DNA of 61,052 nt, filler included, from Cladosporium halotolerans (GCF_011745625.1; 2 parts of 2 records of this genome joined end to end with filler, not necessarily neighbours in it), one strand, 5' to 3'. Positions 1-12,291 are shown, numbered from the whole stretch's first letter. Notes: generated by a model not told the origin, from the sequence alone. Program-made: numbers and translations.

Positions 1-41
1 TTGAGACCGGAAATTTTCGGTCCGGACCGCAATCGCCGCGA

Positions 42-356
42 CGCCCACCCTTCATCCGCAAGTTTGAAGGTCGCGGGAGCTCCCGCCGGCTCCGCGGAGA
101 TGACCAACTTTATTATGTCGATCGTGACCTCTACTTGATAAATTTATAACTCTCTTAGTATTACTTTGAATTACTTCAAATTAAAATAGGGAGTAGCTAA
201 TAGATACCTCTTTAAATATGGTTTACTATTATTATACTTAGGCTCTTATTAAAGATAAAAGCTAAGGAGATAGCTGAGAAGCTAGATAGTCTTACTGCCA
301 AGCCAAATTTGGTAGGAGCACGGACAACATTCAAACTTGCGGATGGAGGGTGGGCG
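42..356. mobile_element. MITE-like element with 27-bp terminal inverted repeats and an AT-rich interior
   Basis: CGCCCACCCTTCATCCGCAAGTTTGAA (42-68) is the reverse complement, with 1 mismatch, of TTCAAACTTGCGGATGGAGGGTGGGCG (330-356). The interior (~110-300) is TpA-rich, as after RIP. No clear TSD seen. Confidence 0.6.
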
Positions 357-385
357 CACTTGCCTCTGCTGGACTGTGTCCTAGT

Positions 386-556
386 CTGGACGATGGAACG
401 GCTGTCTACGCGGTCGGTGCTTCGGCACGCGGTCAAGCCTATAGGCAAACGACAGGAGAATAGCAAGAGATGAGTTATCAATGAGATGTGGCGTGGATAA
501 CGGATACAGAGCGAATATCAGAAGAAGATTCCCGCTACAGGTGGATGGACGTTACT
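386..556 (+). repeat. Degenerate repeat copy A (direct repeat of 2917-3102; inverted relative to 558-655)
   Basis: TGGACGATGGAACGGCTGTC...GGATGGACGTTAC aligns with TGGACGAGGGGACGGCTGTC...GGACGGACGTTAC at 2917-3102. ORFs 212..481(-) and 560..778(+) both begin MITHLLLFSCRLP. Confidence 0.8.
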
Positions 557-557
557 T

Positions 558-941
558 GATTGATCACCCATCTCTTGCTGTTCTCCTGTCGTTTGCCTGC
601 GTGCCCAATCAGGTTTTGGGGCACCGATCGCGTAGACAGTCGTTTCATTGTCCAAATCGTCGCCGTCATCGTTCGGCGCTTCAGCTTTCGAGCCTACGTA
701 GAAGCGACAGGTGGCCCGAATGAAGATGGATGGAGATGTACCAGATGCGCTGCGGCAAGAAGAACGTCATGCATCTAAATGCATGTCGTCAGGGACCATT
801 AACGGAGGTTGCGGCTTGCAAATAAGCGCCAGACTGGTCGTTCTGCATGATCAGCCTTGGGGCCCGCTAACTAGGGCCAGACGCGAAGACACTCCGGTGT
901 CGCGATCATAGCCATTTTTTAGTCGCTCGGGCAGCTCCGCG
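558..941 (-). repeat. Degenerate repeat copy B (left arm of a ~380-bp inverted repeat with 2633-3012)
   Basis: ORF 560..778(+) (TDRVDSRFIVQIVAVIVRR...RRTSCI) matches ORF 2574..2996(-) (TDRADSRPLVQIVAVIVRR...RRTSCI); ORF 711..911(+) matches ORF 2513..2845(-). Confidence 0.8.
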
Positions 942-1236
942 GGTCATAGCGGGCTTGCCGCCCGCACGACCGTAGTGTAGTCGCGTCTCAGCGGTTCTGA
1001 ACATTTTTCAAGCCAATAAAGCATCGAGACCACCAGCGACAACTTGGTATAATATCCTGTTTCTAAGACGAATCTATTCGGTATCAGCGTCTGCCCATGT
1101 GGTGCTGGAATGCTGAACCGCCACACGATAGCCGTGTACGTTTTTGCTCGAAGGCTAGAAATAAGAGGCGGATCTCTGGGCTTGAAACCAATCCGGACTG
1201 TCATAGGCATTCTCAACAGGCATATCGACTTGTCTC

Positions 1237-1788
1237 CTAATGAGTTCCGATTTCCACCCTCTCACCTTCAGTACATTCATGGAACCCGCGTAGAATCCTC
1301 GATGCCTTTGCTGCGTCGATAGGGCTTTTCGACGCCCGTATCTCCCAAAACAATTCCCCAGCCTGACGGCCGGAGCAAGTGCGAATATAGTGAAAGAGTC
1401 CGTGCAAGTCATTCACTTCCGCTTGGAGCGCGGTGATTTTTCGCTGGAGAGATGCGAAACGTGTCGAGTCAGGTTCAACATCGTACTCGCAAAGGACGCC
1501 CTTCTTTGCACAACGTTCGCAAGAAGGTCGCCGGCTATCGCACTACTGAAGCGTCAGAGCCCTTCTAGAGCCTTCTTGTTTTTTCCAGGTATAACTTACC
1601 TTCGCTTTTCCCCTCTGACAAGCTATACACGCAACTTTGACCTGACTTCTCCGTACCCGCGGTATCGGCGGCGACAGCGCTTGGAGGCCGTTGTAATTGG
1701 CGTCGATCGTCCGAAAGACAGGATCCAACGTGTGAGCAGTCGTGATTTTAGGCGCTAAGGGCCTTGGTGTTCGTTGTTCCCTAGCCAT
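1237..1788 (-). CDS. Short Zn(II)2Cys6 transcription factor (~164 aa, 2 exons)
   Basis: Exon 1 is 1788-1600, intron 1599-1543 (GTAAGT...CTGAC...TAG), exon 2 is 1542-1237. The spliced product has CIACQRGKAKCDSRRPSCERCAKKGVLC (six Cys) followed by a coiled-coil-like LQRKITALQAEVNDL. Confidence 0.85.
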
Positions 1789-2632
1789 CGCGACGCATAC
1801 TAAATTTGATTTGATACAGACAAAGCTTCTAGCGTGAATGTTTGAGAACTCGCAAATATTAATGTGGTAGAGATGCAGTGCAGACTGCTTGGTGATGTAT
1901 CGCAGCGCGACTCCCTGGCAACTGAAGGATCAGATCGATCGGAGGAGACGGCTTGAACCGTGTCCCGGTCTGCGTATTGGACGCCTGCATCTTGGCACCG
2001 CTTATGTCCAGTGTTGAATGAACGTGTAAGAAATCAGGGCCTAATCCCCGCATCGCCTAAGCTTTACCGCAGGCATGCGACCAATAAGCAAACGGTAACT
2101 TCGTGAAGGAGCAATACTGAGGTGTCGCAGCAATCTCATATGGCTTAGCCGAAGCTAACACGTCATACCTGGTTTAATGCTTCCATGCAGAGAGAGGTCG
2201 TTCCAGAGCTTCTCCCAGAAGCGCGTTACTGCGTCCACAGCTTGTATCTCGACTGCACTCAAATGCGATTGATCTAGCCCTACATTGGCGCCCAGATTCA
2301 GAGTCTCCTGTTACGACGTGAGAGCTGACAGTCCAGACCCCAGACCTGCATGAACGCTGCAAGCCGTCCTCTGTGTCGTATCCTGGAAGGCCGCCTTGAT
2401 TGGCTAGTCACAATGGGACACTAGCGGAAGCAAGCAGCTGCCTATGAATCGCAGTTGCAAAACGCTTAGACGGTAGAATGTCATGCATCGCAAGGTCTTG
2501 GCAGGGGACCCTCTATGAGCTTCCATACGGGTTTGCTACGCCTCCTGCGGAATGATGACCGCCCGCATCGGTATCAAAACCGCTGAGACGCGGTCTCGTA
2601 GCGGACGGACGGACAGAGAGCCCGTCTTGCGG

Positions 2633-3102
2633 CACGGAGCTGACCGAGCGAATCAATGTTAGCAGAGGTCGCGACATCGGAGCTTCTCCGCTGGCCCTTA
2701 TCAGTGGACCCGAAGGCTGATCCTGCCGAAAAACCGGTCTGGCGCTTTTCTGCATGCCGCAACCCTTCGTTATGGTCTCTAGCTGGATGCATTCGGATGC
2801 ACGACGTTCTTCTCGTCGTAGCGCATCTGGCGCATCTACTTCCAACTCTACTCAGACCGCGTGTCGCCTTTACGCAGGCTCGAAAGCAGATGCGTCGAAC
2901 GATGACGGCGACGATTTGGACGAGGGGACGGCTGTCCGCGCGATCGGTGCTCCAACAAATGGTTAGGCCGATAGGCAAATGACAGGAGAAGAGCAAGAGA
3001 TGGGTTATTAATCAGTTATGGCGTGGATAACAGATGCAGAGCGAAGATCAGAAAAAACGTCCCGGCACAGGTGGATTCCCGGCACAGGTGGACGGACGTT
3101 AC
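2633..3102 (+). repeat. Degenerate repeat copy C, probably a decayed gene
   Basis: Inverted to copy B and direct to copy A. One frame reads ...DDGDDLDEGTAVRAIGAPTNG*ADRQMTGEEQEMGY*SVMAWITD..., with TAG/TAA stops where copy A has Gln codons. Confidence 0.7.
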
Positions 3103-3544
3103 AGCGCTCTTCTTGACGAAGTGTAAATCAACGGCTGCCAGGGTGGAACGAGAGCGAGCCGAATCGGACATAACGCCCTCCACATGGGCCAAGACTCATC
3201 ATGAAGCATTGTCTGACCTTCCTCCCAAACGGAAACGTGACGAAACAGCCTCTCAGCGGGACCGTCACCACGAGTCGGCCGAGATGGGTAGCTCGAGCGA
3301 GTAGTGGCAAGCGCAAGCTTCATGCTGTTGGGGATGACCCTGCGAAGATGCCATAAGCCCTTCTCACAAGAGAACGAAAGCCATCGGATCCTGCGCCATC
3401 TTGCCCACTGGATTGCATCCTGACACTGACTTGCGAATCGCAAGACAGAACGTCATGGTGTAAATGTACAGTGACGCCATATGCCAGATTAGTATACTGA
3501 TCTCAAATATCTTTGAGCGTGTGGCTCCGCTATGTACCTCACTT

Positions 3545-4211
3545 CTACAAGCTTGGCTTGTGTCTCGAAACCACGCAACCAGGTTCGTTCAACCTCGTGT
3601 CGCAGCACGACATGCGGTAGCCTTCTTCAAAATCCGGGTCTTCCATGAACGAGCCTGGTGGAGGCATACCGCACGACTTGCCGTAAGACTCTGCCCAGAC
3701 CTCCGAGTCGTCGTCAAGTTCTGGATTGATTTGCATCATCTCACATGTTAGCTTGAAGCCTTGTCTAATTGCATACGTCTGACCCCCCACCAGAATGATA
3801 CCTGCAAACGCCTAAAGCGTTCAGGTCGACGTCGTAGTACTCGTGACAATTGCGGCATTACTCGAAAGCTTTACGCATCATTCGTGGACTCTTATCATTT
3901 GGTCTCCGAAGCGCGTCGTCAATGATTGATCTGGCATTTGCGAATTGATGCCAGACACTTCTGATTAGCTCCCTCAATTCGGGCCCAGGTGCATCTTCGA
4001 TCGCCTCGGAGACGGTCACCTCCTCGGGTGGTGGAGCAGGCGACCCTTCGATCTCCTAGTCTGAAGTGTAAGACAGGTCTATTTGTCTCTGCCATTAGTA
4101 AAGGCGCGCTGTCACAAGAAAGCTTGACATACCACTTCTGCCGTCGCTACTGCTACTGACAGAGTTGCCGGCACTGCTCGTGGTGGTACTGGTTACATTA
4201 TGATCAGACAT
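3545..4211 (-). pseudogene. Decayed small fungal protein with a Cys/His-rich C-terminus
   Basis: C-terminus EINPELDDDSEVWAE...EEGYRMSCCDTRLNEPGCVVSRH resembles a common fungal hypothetical family. The upstream part has in-frame stops; the 5' boundary is approximate. Confidence 0.35.
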
Positions 4212-4771
4212 GGCGCTAACTTGCTGAGCTTCGAAAAAATGAAAGAGAGAGCGAGGAGTCTGCAAGAAGCGAACGGGAAGGGATGATATTTACAAAATTT
4301 ACGTTAATTCGCTGAACTGATGGAGCGAGGACGTGAGTCCCGACGCAATTTGACCCGCTCAGGCATGGCACGGTGTGCCCCTCGTCGCAAACGAGCTTTT
4401 GATTTTGGCAATGGCGTTATACGATATGACCTGCAAGCTGCATGTTATCAAGGGAAAGAGTGGTGGGGGGAGTCTTGGTGGACAGTACTGTACCATTTGA
4501 TGAGTGGAGAGATATCATTTTTTGGTGCAAGGCAAGACAAGGCATGGCATTCAATCCGCCCAACTCCAAGCACCGAAAGGGCAACAGACTGTTACATTGT
4601 ACGTAACGCTGCGTACACTGTGGTTATCCCAACGGAGAAGCCCATCAGACCGGAAATCACTCCTCTCTGGCCGTCGGTCCCATACCGTATACCACGATCC
4701 ACCATAATTTCGAACAGATCATCGCCACAAATTGAATCATCCATGCATTGAGGCATTCGGCCTTGTTGCCT

Positions 4772-6308
4772 CTACTCACTGGGCATCCCTCTTTTCAAGT
4801 TCTCATATTTACTTCCAGGGTAATCGAGGCAATTGTCGCTGCTTTCAAGGCGACAGATTTCTCCGTGGCTGAGTTGGGTCGCAGCAACATTAATCAAACT
4901 TTCTTCGGCTGTGCATGGGCGATCGCCTGAGGTCTCCCAGAACATAGCTCCTCCAAGTCCGGTGCTTTTGATGTACTCGACCTTCTGACGCACCATCTCC
5001 GGCGTATCGTATGAGATCATAGTCTTCGATGTTTCGTCGTAAGACCACGACGCAGCGGCTTGCGCGTCTTCGAAAACCTCTGCGCCGGGCTGAGGGAGAG
5101 CCTAATTACCAGGTCAGTGTGCCTGAAGCCTTTCTTGTTCATAGAAAAGATCGAGAATGGTTCCATGTCAACGTTTGATGTATAAATGGCAAAATCTTAC
5201 CTTGTACGTCCACACTCCATTTTCTCCAGGAATGCTTCCCTCCCCAACGCCATTGAATGCAGTACCCGGCCCATCAGTATTCTGAAACGCGCGGCCGTAT
5301 AGCGGCATGCCCAGCACGATCTTTCCTGCAGGTACTCCTTGCTCTTTATAGTGCACCACTGCTGCGTCTGTGTTAAAAGACGTTGCTGCCGGCGTTGAAT
5401 TCGACAAGAAGATGTTGGCTTGGTGACCAGCGACTGTATCCCACGAGCCGGCGTAGTCGTAGGCCATGAGATTCCAAAAGTCGAGGTACGGGTCCAAATC
5501 GCCAAAGGGCATGTTCGGGAAGTGCTTGGGTCCGGCCGGAGAAGCAGCTGTCAACAGCAAGTGTGGCTTCGATGCCAGGGAGATGGCGTACTCGTCCATC
5601 TCATGCCGGGTAGCGGCAGGAAGGGCGACGAGATCAGACCCTTCCTGCGGAGTTTCTGGGTATTCCCAATCCACGTCGAGGCCGTCGAAGGGGAGATCTT
5701 TCAGTAAGGCCACGGCAGTCTGTGCAAACTTCTCCCTACCAGCGGGTGATGAGGCTGGCGTGGCGAAATTCGAGCTGTGTGACCATCCTCCGATCGACAG
5801 GAGGACCTTGAGGTTTCTGTTGCGTTTTTTGTGGAGATATAATTGCTTCAGACAGCCATAGAGATTCCCATCTCCATCATTCCAAGAATCGTCCGGATAG
5901 TGTTTGTCAGTGTCAGACCAGCTGTCTGTCAAGTACACTTCTCCCGTCTCTGGACGAACGTTGGCAAACGCGTATAGCACGTGGGTAAGATTGTTGACAG
6001 GGATATCCTGGGGCTGGTGATTGCGGGCATAAATCGCCCAGTTCTGCGTTTCAGTCAGTACGTATCGAGGCCGTGCCGCTGAGAAAAGTTCAACTGACAA
6101 CATAGTAGGCCACATTACGGTAACCATTTTGCTGAGAAGCTTGATCAGCTTGGGATCCATGGCTTACGCTTGATGAAACCGAAGTTGCTGATGTGAAAGT
6201 TTGGTCCGGAGGAAGTGGTTGTAGAAGGTTTGGGACAGCGACAGAGAACGAAGAAAAACATACGAGGACAACAAACGCTGTCACGCGATATACAAGCAGT
6301 AAGGCCAT
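4772..6308 (-). CDS. Secreted GH18 chitinase (3 exons)
   Basis: Hydrophobic signal peptide from ATG 6308; introns 6098-6044 and 5200-5102. Motifs [32 protein letters not shown], catalytic [31 protein letters not shown]. Confidence 0.95.
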
Positions 6309-7461
6309 CCCTGCAGCGATGCCACCGCCTAGTTCAGAGAGATACACAGTTTGTGGTCCAAAGAGACATGAGTCGATGTGTAACATATGTGGTGGGTGCC
6401 GGAGACCTTTCTCGCCCTTTGGATTCCTGATCTCCGTCCTGAGGCCTTCCGTTGTACGCCTGTCCATACGAGCGGCACCCCCCTCCGGCCAAGTCTGGCC
6501 CCCGAAGGCGCCTGCGTTTTTTTTTTTATACAGCGATTGCATCGCGGGATGTGCCCGGATTGTCGCCTCACCACGCAAGGTCCCACCCCTGGGCTCTGCG
6601 AGGTTCACATTGCGACCAGGCCCTACATCGATGCCTGTCAAAGCTCGCTGGATCAGCATTTGATGCCCGTGTCCAAGTCCTAGCACATCCCAGGGGACGG
6701 TGCAATCGTCATCTTGAGGCATACACACCATCCATTTCATGCGATTTCCTATGTATCGTATACTTGTTCACACTTCCGGGCTATTGCTTCAGGCAGTGAC
6801 CTGATTGTTGCCATCTCTATCTTCATCGAAGATACGGCTTTGCCATCCTCGACTCGCGGTTACGGCTTGCAAGACACTGGAGCTAGTTGTCAGGAGAGAC
6901 CTGGGTGAACACGAGTTCGTCGAATTGACCGTATCATACTACTAGAAGCCCCTGAAGAGAATCTCCATGGCACCCGCAACATCCGGTGACCAGCGCGATG
7001 CCCTTGCAGCCGTCAGAAAAGACCCCAGCAGGATCAAATTTCGAGGCGGCTCCCAACGGTTAGAAGGACCAAGTCAGTTGGGTGTCGCCTCAGCGCAGGC
7101 CACTGATCCGCTCGTACTTGTGAATGTGGAGAGGGTACGCGCCGTCGGCGCAGCCGTGGAGCCGGTGTGTCATTGACCTCGGGTTGTCATCTCCTGAGAT
7201 GGTGACGATTCGCAGATCCGTAGCGGCGACCGCAAGGCGTGAAGGCAATGGGGAATCAAGGGGAACTTCAAATTTCTAAGCCCACAGCTTACAGCGGCAG
7301 TCCACATAAGCACAAGCTGGACTTCGAGAGGATGAGATGCTAACGTTAGCCAGTCATCGTCGCATGGTTATTATCATCTGCTTCACCACACGAGTCGACC
7401 TAATAAGTTATCACATTATGCTTTCGCCCAGATTGAGATGATGGCAAGTCAATGTTCCTGT

Positions 7462-8904
7462 CTACTGGAACCGCTGTAAACGAAAGCGTTGTCCTGACAT
7501 GGCTCTCAAGAGGAGGTCCTCATTGAACATGACACTGCCGAGTTTCCCCATCTCAGGTGTCGGTCTGTCCTCCGTTGGCCACTGTGACCCAAATCCGTGA
7601 GCGTTGCTACCCATCATCGTTACCATTGACGACGGGAGCTCCTCCACCAAGGCTTGGTCGGTACAAAACCTTAGACCAAAGAGTACGATCTCGATTGTCA
7701 AATTATTCCTTAGACGCGCGCGTTCATTCACTAGCAAGCGTGCCGAATCCAGAAGCTGCGCCAGGCGTTGGGCTTTGTCTTGTGCTTGGTCTTCAGGCAG
7801 TTCGTGGCACATTTTGTCAGAGCGTACGTTACATGTCTCTCTCCAGATGCTTGCCGCATTCCCGAACAAATTCGCACAGACTGAAGGGAGCGAGATGTCG
7901 AGCTCCACAAGTTTCGGCAAGGCACTAATCGCAGTGCAATTGTGTGCCTCACCACCACCTGAAAGGTGGCAGACTTTATCCGTCGCGCCCGGCAGTGGCC
8001 TATACTCCAGGAGATGTAACGATTGCTCCGAAGACTTTGCGACGGTCATGACCCCATCAATTGAGATGCTTGAGCCTCCAGTGACTTGGAGATTTTCCAG
8101 ATTCGTGGCGGTCTTCGCGATGGCCAAAAGATCGTTGTCGGTCACCGGAAACACTTGCGTGTCACCCGACAGTCGAAGTCGCCGGAGCCGATGAAAGCTT
8201 ACCCGCGGGTCTTTGAGAGGATCCGATACGTTCGTTGGATACAATTGATGTATCTCATCAGCGGTCAAGTGCGAGCTTCGAACTTCTAGCGATCGCAGCG
8301 CTCTGCCATCGGAGTTTGATGGTCGGAGTAAGTCCACCCAGTGTTCTGGACGTCCGCGTCGGAGCAGTGTCCAGGGCACGGTCAGGGACTCCAAGTTGGG
8401 ACAAGCCCGCACGATTGAAGAAATCCAAACGTCCGTCGCGACGGTGTAGAAACCGTCAAACCAAAGACGCCGAACGTGCAGCGAGACCGCGGAGGAGTGA
8501 GTCAGGAGCTCGTACGTCTTTCTCAAGTTGAGGTGGGCATCGCGTTTCACAATGGTCCCTCTGGGAGCATCAACCAGCTCGTACAGCGGGTATTTCGCGC
8601 GGCAGGACGTCAAGTCAGCCCAGCGCTCGTTGCCCACAGGGCGTTGCTCACGAATGTGCTGAAAAGTCTGGCGGACGACCCAGTGGCCCCAACCTCTGCA
8701 AACTCGTCTGATGGCTTGGGCAGCGTCTATTGAGACAAAGTCGTCGCGCGATGGACTCCGCACGTATCTATCGACCCTTGGCGACCGCGACTCGAAAGAG
8801 GAGCGAAAACCATATGTGAAGCGGACTCCGTTTGCTCCGTTAGCACTGACAGCTTGCGTCAGGATGTGGTGAAGTATCTCTGCTGGAAGATCGTTGATGC
8901 CCAT
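7462..8904 (-). CDS. F-box protein with an LRR/RNI-like C-terminal region
   Basis: Long ORF; N-terminal INDLPAEILHHILTQA F-box-like motif; LRR-like units CPNLESLTVP, LRSLEV, LRRLRLSG, TNLENLQV, LPKLVELDIS. Confidence 0.7.
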   Translation of the reverse strand: MGINDLPAEILHHILTQAVSANGANGVRFTYGFRSSFESRSPRVDRYVRSPSRDDFVSIDAAQAIRRVCRGWGHWVVRQTFQHIREQRPVGNERWADLTSCRAKYPLYELVDAPRGTIVKRDAHLNLRKTYELLTHSSAVSLHVRRLWFDGFYTVATDVWISSIVRACPNLESLTVPWTLLRRGRPEHWVDLLRPSNSDGRALRSLEVRSSHLTADEIHQLYPTNVSDPLKDPRVSFHRLRRLRLSGDTQVFPVTDNDLLAIAKTATNLENLQVTGGSSISIDGVMTVAKSSEQSLHLLEYRPLPGATDKVCHLSGGGEAHNCTAISALPKLVELDISLPSVCANLFGNAASIWRETCNVRSDKMCHELPEDQAQDKAQRLAQLLDSARLLVNERARLRNNLTIEIVLFGLRFCTDQALVEELPSSMVTMMGSNAHGFGSQWPTEDRPTPEMGKLGSVMFNEDLLLRAMSGQRFRLQRFQ

Positions 8905-9951
8905 TGTTCTGCACGGCTGTCGATGAAGTTTTGTTAGCACTGCGGTGGCGTTAGGGTGCAGAAGGGAATAAGGAAGGTCCGCCTTATGTTTATCTCGAGA
9001 TTCGTCGAAGAACTAGCGGTCGATGTTTCTTGGAATTATGGCGGTCACTACGGAAATTGTCATGGCGTGCCCACTCATGCTGCTAGACAGCTTCATCTTT
9101 GCAGCCGGACGATCTAGTCCAACGCCTACGTCCAGTAATGGTAGAACTTCCGGCCACAAGGCCATTTGTGGCGCCTTGCGGCCTTCTAAGCCGATATTAT
9201 CTGCATGGGTGCATGATTGTCGAACAGTCAATCTTCCGCTTTGAGAATGGTGCAATGGCGCCCCTTCCACACGTGAATTCGCATGTGAATTCTCTGCGAG
9301 TCATGGATGCAGCCCATTCTCCATTGTAACAATTACCTACGATAATTTATTGGGTAGGGTTAGGGTTAAGCTTGATGTTCCATAGGGTTTTCTCCACATC
9401 CTCCATCTTTTCGACTTTGTAGCATCAAGACAAGGTATCATCACGGCAGGAGTTGCCAAGGTCAGCATGACCCGTCACGCTGCGAGAAAGAGATCGCTTT
9501 AAAGCATAAATTTAGAGAAGTACAGGAGAAAATTGGTGGGAAGTTTGGAAGATAATTCAGAGTCGCACCATCATACCGTACATTAGGAATGCGACGGTAA
9601 CGTTAATTGAATCCTACAGTATCCTGCTCGGTAGATTTGTCACTTCGCAGATGGGTCGTTAGAGCATGCCGAGCCCCGAAATCTGCAATGACTGCCAGAC
9701 CGACCATCGTCACCACTGCCGTCAGTGCGCACCCCTCTCCGCTATACCATCCCCCCTGCTCCATCTTGCGCACACTTTGAGCAATCACCGCTCGGCTCCT
9801 TCTCTCTTTCGGAAGTCTCATTGATTCTAACGTTAATGTGGCCAAACTGGGACCAGATGTCTCGCTACGGAAAATAAGTTCGAGTCTCACGTTGGTACAA
9901 GGGCTCTGAGACTTATGAATGTCTCAAGATGCCGAAAGAAAAATCAGAAAA

Positions 9952-11337
9952 TCAAATGTACGGGTACCTTGTACGATCACTCCAATTCCGTCTGTCATGC
10001 CCAAATACACTGCCTGTACCAAACCCACAGTACTGAATGCGCTCGCAGAAAAATGACAGCAACTCACCATGTACGCGCGCCTCACGTTCGTGCTCGATGC
10101 AGAAATGCTTTTCTGATCCAAAAGCATCGCATCCCGTACATTCTGCGATCTGAACAAGCATCGCGAATTCTTGCCCATTTGACACAACACCATTTCTCAG
10201 TTGTTCCCTGGCAGTGTAGCTCTCCCCAAATTGGGGGTCTAAATGGCGCGAATCCAAGTTCGAGTGGAAGGGTTTGCAATGCCTCTCCCACCACCGCACA
10301 GTACTGAGCATGCGAAAGTCTTGACGAATCATCTTCACACGAATGTCTATACTACCACAAGCCGTGTCTTTCCGCTTCAGAGACTCTCTGACAAAGTCTT
10401 CAAAAGAGATACAAATTGTCGATGAGTCCCCGAGATATCGACGCTTTGGGACCGGCACAATGTGCGAGAGGCCAGGTGATTCTGATCTTCTGACGTATCG
10501 TATTCCTCGACTGAGATACTTGTCGACCGCTGCTTGGTTGGCCTCACGTACGCTTTCTTTAAACCAATCTTCAGGCTCCCATACTCTGGACAACCCTGAA
10601 GTTGTCAGATTGCCATACATGGAGACCGCTCCAAAGCCAGAAATGAAACACTGGACGAAGGAGGAATGAAAGTCGAGTATCAGTTGTGTGGAGCTCTCTT
10701 GATTCTCGAGATGGGCTATTAGGTGTAGCTTTTGCCGCTTGCCGTTGTGCTCAATCGTACCTCTCAACGACTGAGTTTCGTAAATCGACGGCGGTTCGTC
10801 ATCGTCTCTGAGGTTGTCTGGAAACTGCCAAGTGGCACCAATAGAAGACAAGTAGACAGCGAACGTGAGCCAACAGAGAGGATGCGGGTGAGTGAGAAAA
10901 TCCCAGTCGGATTCCGATGTATCGAATCTGGGCCAGAAGTATTTCGCGGCACGAGAGCCCGTCAACAAGACTTCACAATCGTGCATCACCGCGAGTAATT
11001 CGACGCTGTCGTCAACAAGCTCTTCAAGAAAGGTAGGGCCGAACCTTCCTCGAATCAGGATGTCCTCATGCTCATTGTCAAAGCCCGAATTTTTGATGAT
11101 GTTTCTCATAGTCTTTGGCCTCAAACCAGAGCATGCAAGGATACGCTCCATGCAGTCGAGATCAAAAATTATCTGCGGAATGCTCTTTTCCACACCTGGC
11201 CCGGCGAATGCTTTTCGCCCTCTCCCTGTAAGGATTCCCGTTTTGCGATCAAGAGAGTCATTTCCGACTAGCCTCTCAAAACCGGTTGGGGGAAAGTCTT
11301 TGCTATCGCGTCTCTGTGTGCGGATCGACATAGTCAC
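9952..11337 (-). CDS. Hypothetical protein with a Pol-beta-superfamily nucleotidyltransferase-like motif
   Basis: 461-aa intronless ORF; VLLTGSRAAKYFWPRFDTSESDWDF fits hG[GS]x9-13DhD. The C-terminus has a CxxC...HxC cluster. Confidence 0.55.
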   Translation of the reverse strand: MTMSIRTQRRDSKDFPPTGFERLVGNDSLDRKTGILTGRGRKAFAGPGVEKSIPQIIFDLDCMERILACSGLRPKTMRNIIKNSGFDNEHEDILIRGRFGPTFLEELVDDSVELLAVMHDCEVLLTGSRAAKYFWPRFDTSESDWDFLTHPHPLCWLTFAVYLSSIGATWQFPDNLRDDDEPPSIYETQSLRGTIEHNGKRQKLHLIAHLENQESSTQLILDFHSSFVQCFISGFGAVSMYGNLTTSGLSRVWEPEDWFKESVREANQAAVDKYLSRGIRYVRRSESPGLSHIVPVPKRRYLGDSSTICISFEDFVRESLKRKDTACGSIDIRVKMIRQDFRMLSTVRWWERHCKPFHSNLDSRHLDPQFGESYTAREQLRNGVVSNGQEFAMLVQIAECTGCDAFGSEKHFCIEHEREARVHGELLSFFCERIQYCGFGTGSVFGHDRRNWSDRTRYPYI

Positions 11338-11716
11338 AGTGTCCTAGGAAGCTACCACGTATTCAAAGCTTTCATACGGTGAAACATGAAAGACGCGAAG
11401 GATGTCAGTGAGAACTTTGTCTCGGTGGCTTTGGCGCCTTCCGCATCCTTTATTTGTCTCGACATAATGCTAAGAGCGTCCTGCTGCGACTATTGGACGT
11501 GAGGGAAGAAAGTGGTAGTGGGGCCCGGGGTTAATACTAATGGCAATCCTTAGGGGGGAATGCCACTGCAAAGCGTACGGACTCTTGTGACCCCCTATTT
11601 CCTGACAACCATAGCTTGTCCGTCGTAAAGCAAGCCCCAAAGCGTCCTTCGCGTTTATCAAAACTCCTGCACACGAGCATCAACGAAACCCCACACTCAG
11701 ATTCTGAAAGACTATC

Positions 11717-12291
11717 ATGGACAGCCCGATGGTCAAGCTTGCCATGAGTGATGACGTTGAGATTTTTTGCAGTTCGTATTTCTCCTCTGTGCGATGGCTT
11801 ATGCAGAACCTCTAAACGTTCATCGCAACAGGAACGGAAGTGGCTTTATGCTCTCATGTCTTACGAGATGCATTGAATGATTGGGGCACAGAGGATCCCG
11901 AGATTCCGGTGCGTGCTCGATGATTGTGATACTTCCCCTGTACTGACTTACTGCCTTTCAGATACCAAATGTAGAAGCCAGTGTTATGATCAGGGTTCTC
12001 GCATGGTGTGTTGACCGCATCGGCGAACCTAAAAGTCCCACTCTAAGGCAATCCGTGAGGTGGGAGGAGGAGCTTGGAGGATTTGACTTACAACAGCTTA
12101 TGGAGCTGCGAAATGCTGCCGACTATCTCATGATCGATGATCTGAACGAAGTTTGTTGCAACTGCTTTTCAAAATCGATCGCTGGTAAAACAGCAGAGCA
12201 GCTCCGTGAGCTGTTGCACCTACCTAAGCCGTTTGCATACGAAGAAAAAGAAGAGATCAACGACGAGCTCCAATGCGAAGTATTCGCCTGA
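11717..12291 (+). CDS. Skp1-like protein (3 exons)
   Basis: MDSPMVKLAMSDDVEIF, then SHVLRDALND..EDPEIP, then IPNVEASVMIRVLAWC...LMELRNAADYLMIDDLNEVCC..IAGKTAEQLRELLHLPKPFAYEEKEEI, matching the Skp1 POZ and dimerisation motifs. Introns ~11772-11831 and ~11909-11961. Confidence 0.85.

Noticed and set aside
9353..9368. GGGTAGGGTTAGGGTT telomere-like sequence, plus scattered single TTAGGG hexamers
   Set aside because: At most about two repeats; too short to call an interstitial telomere.
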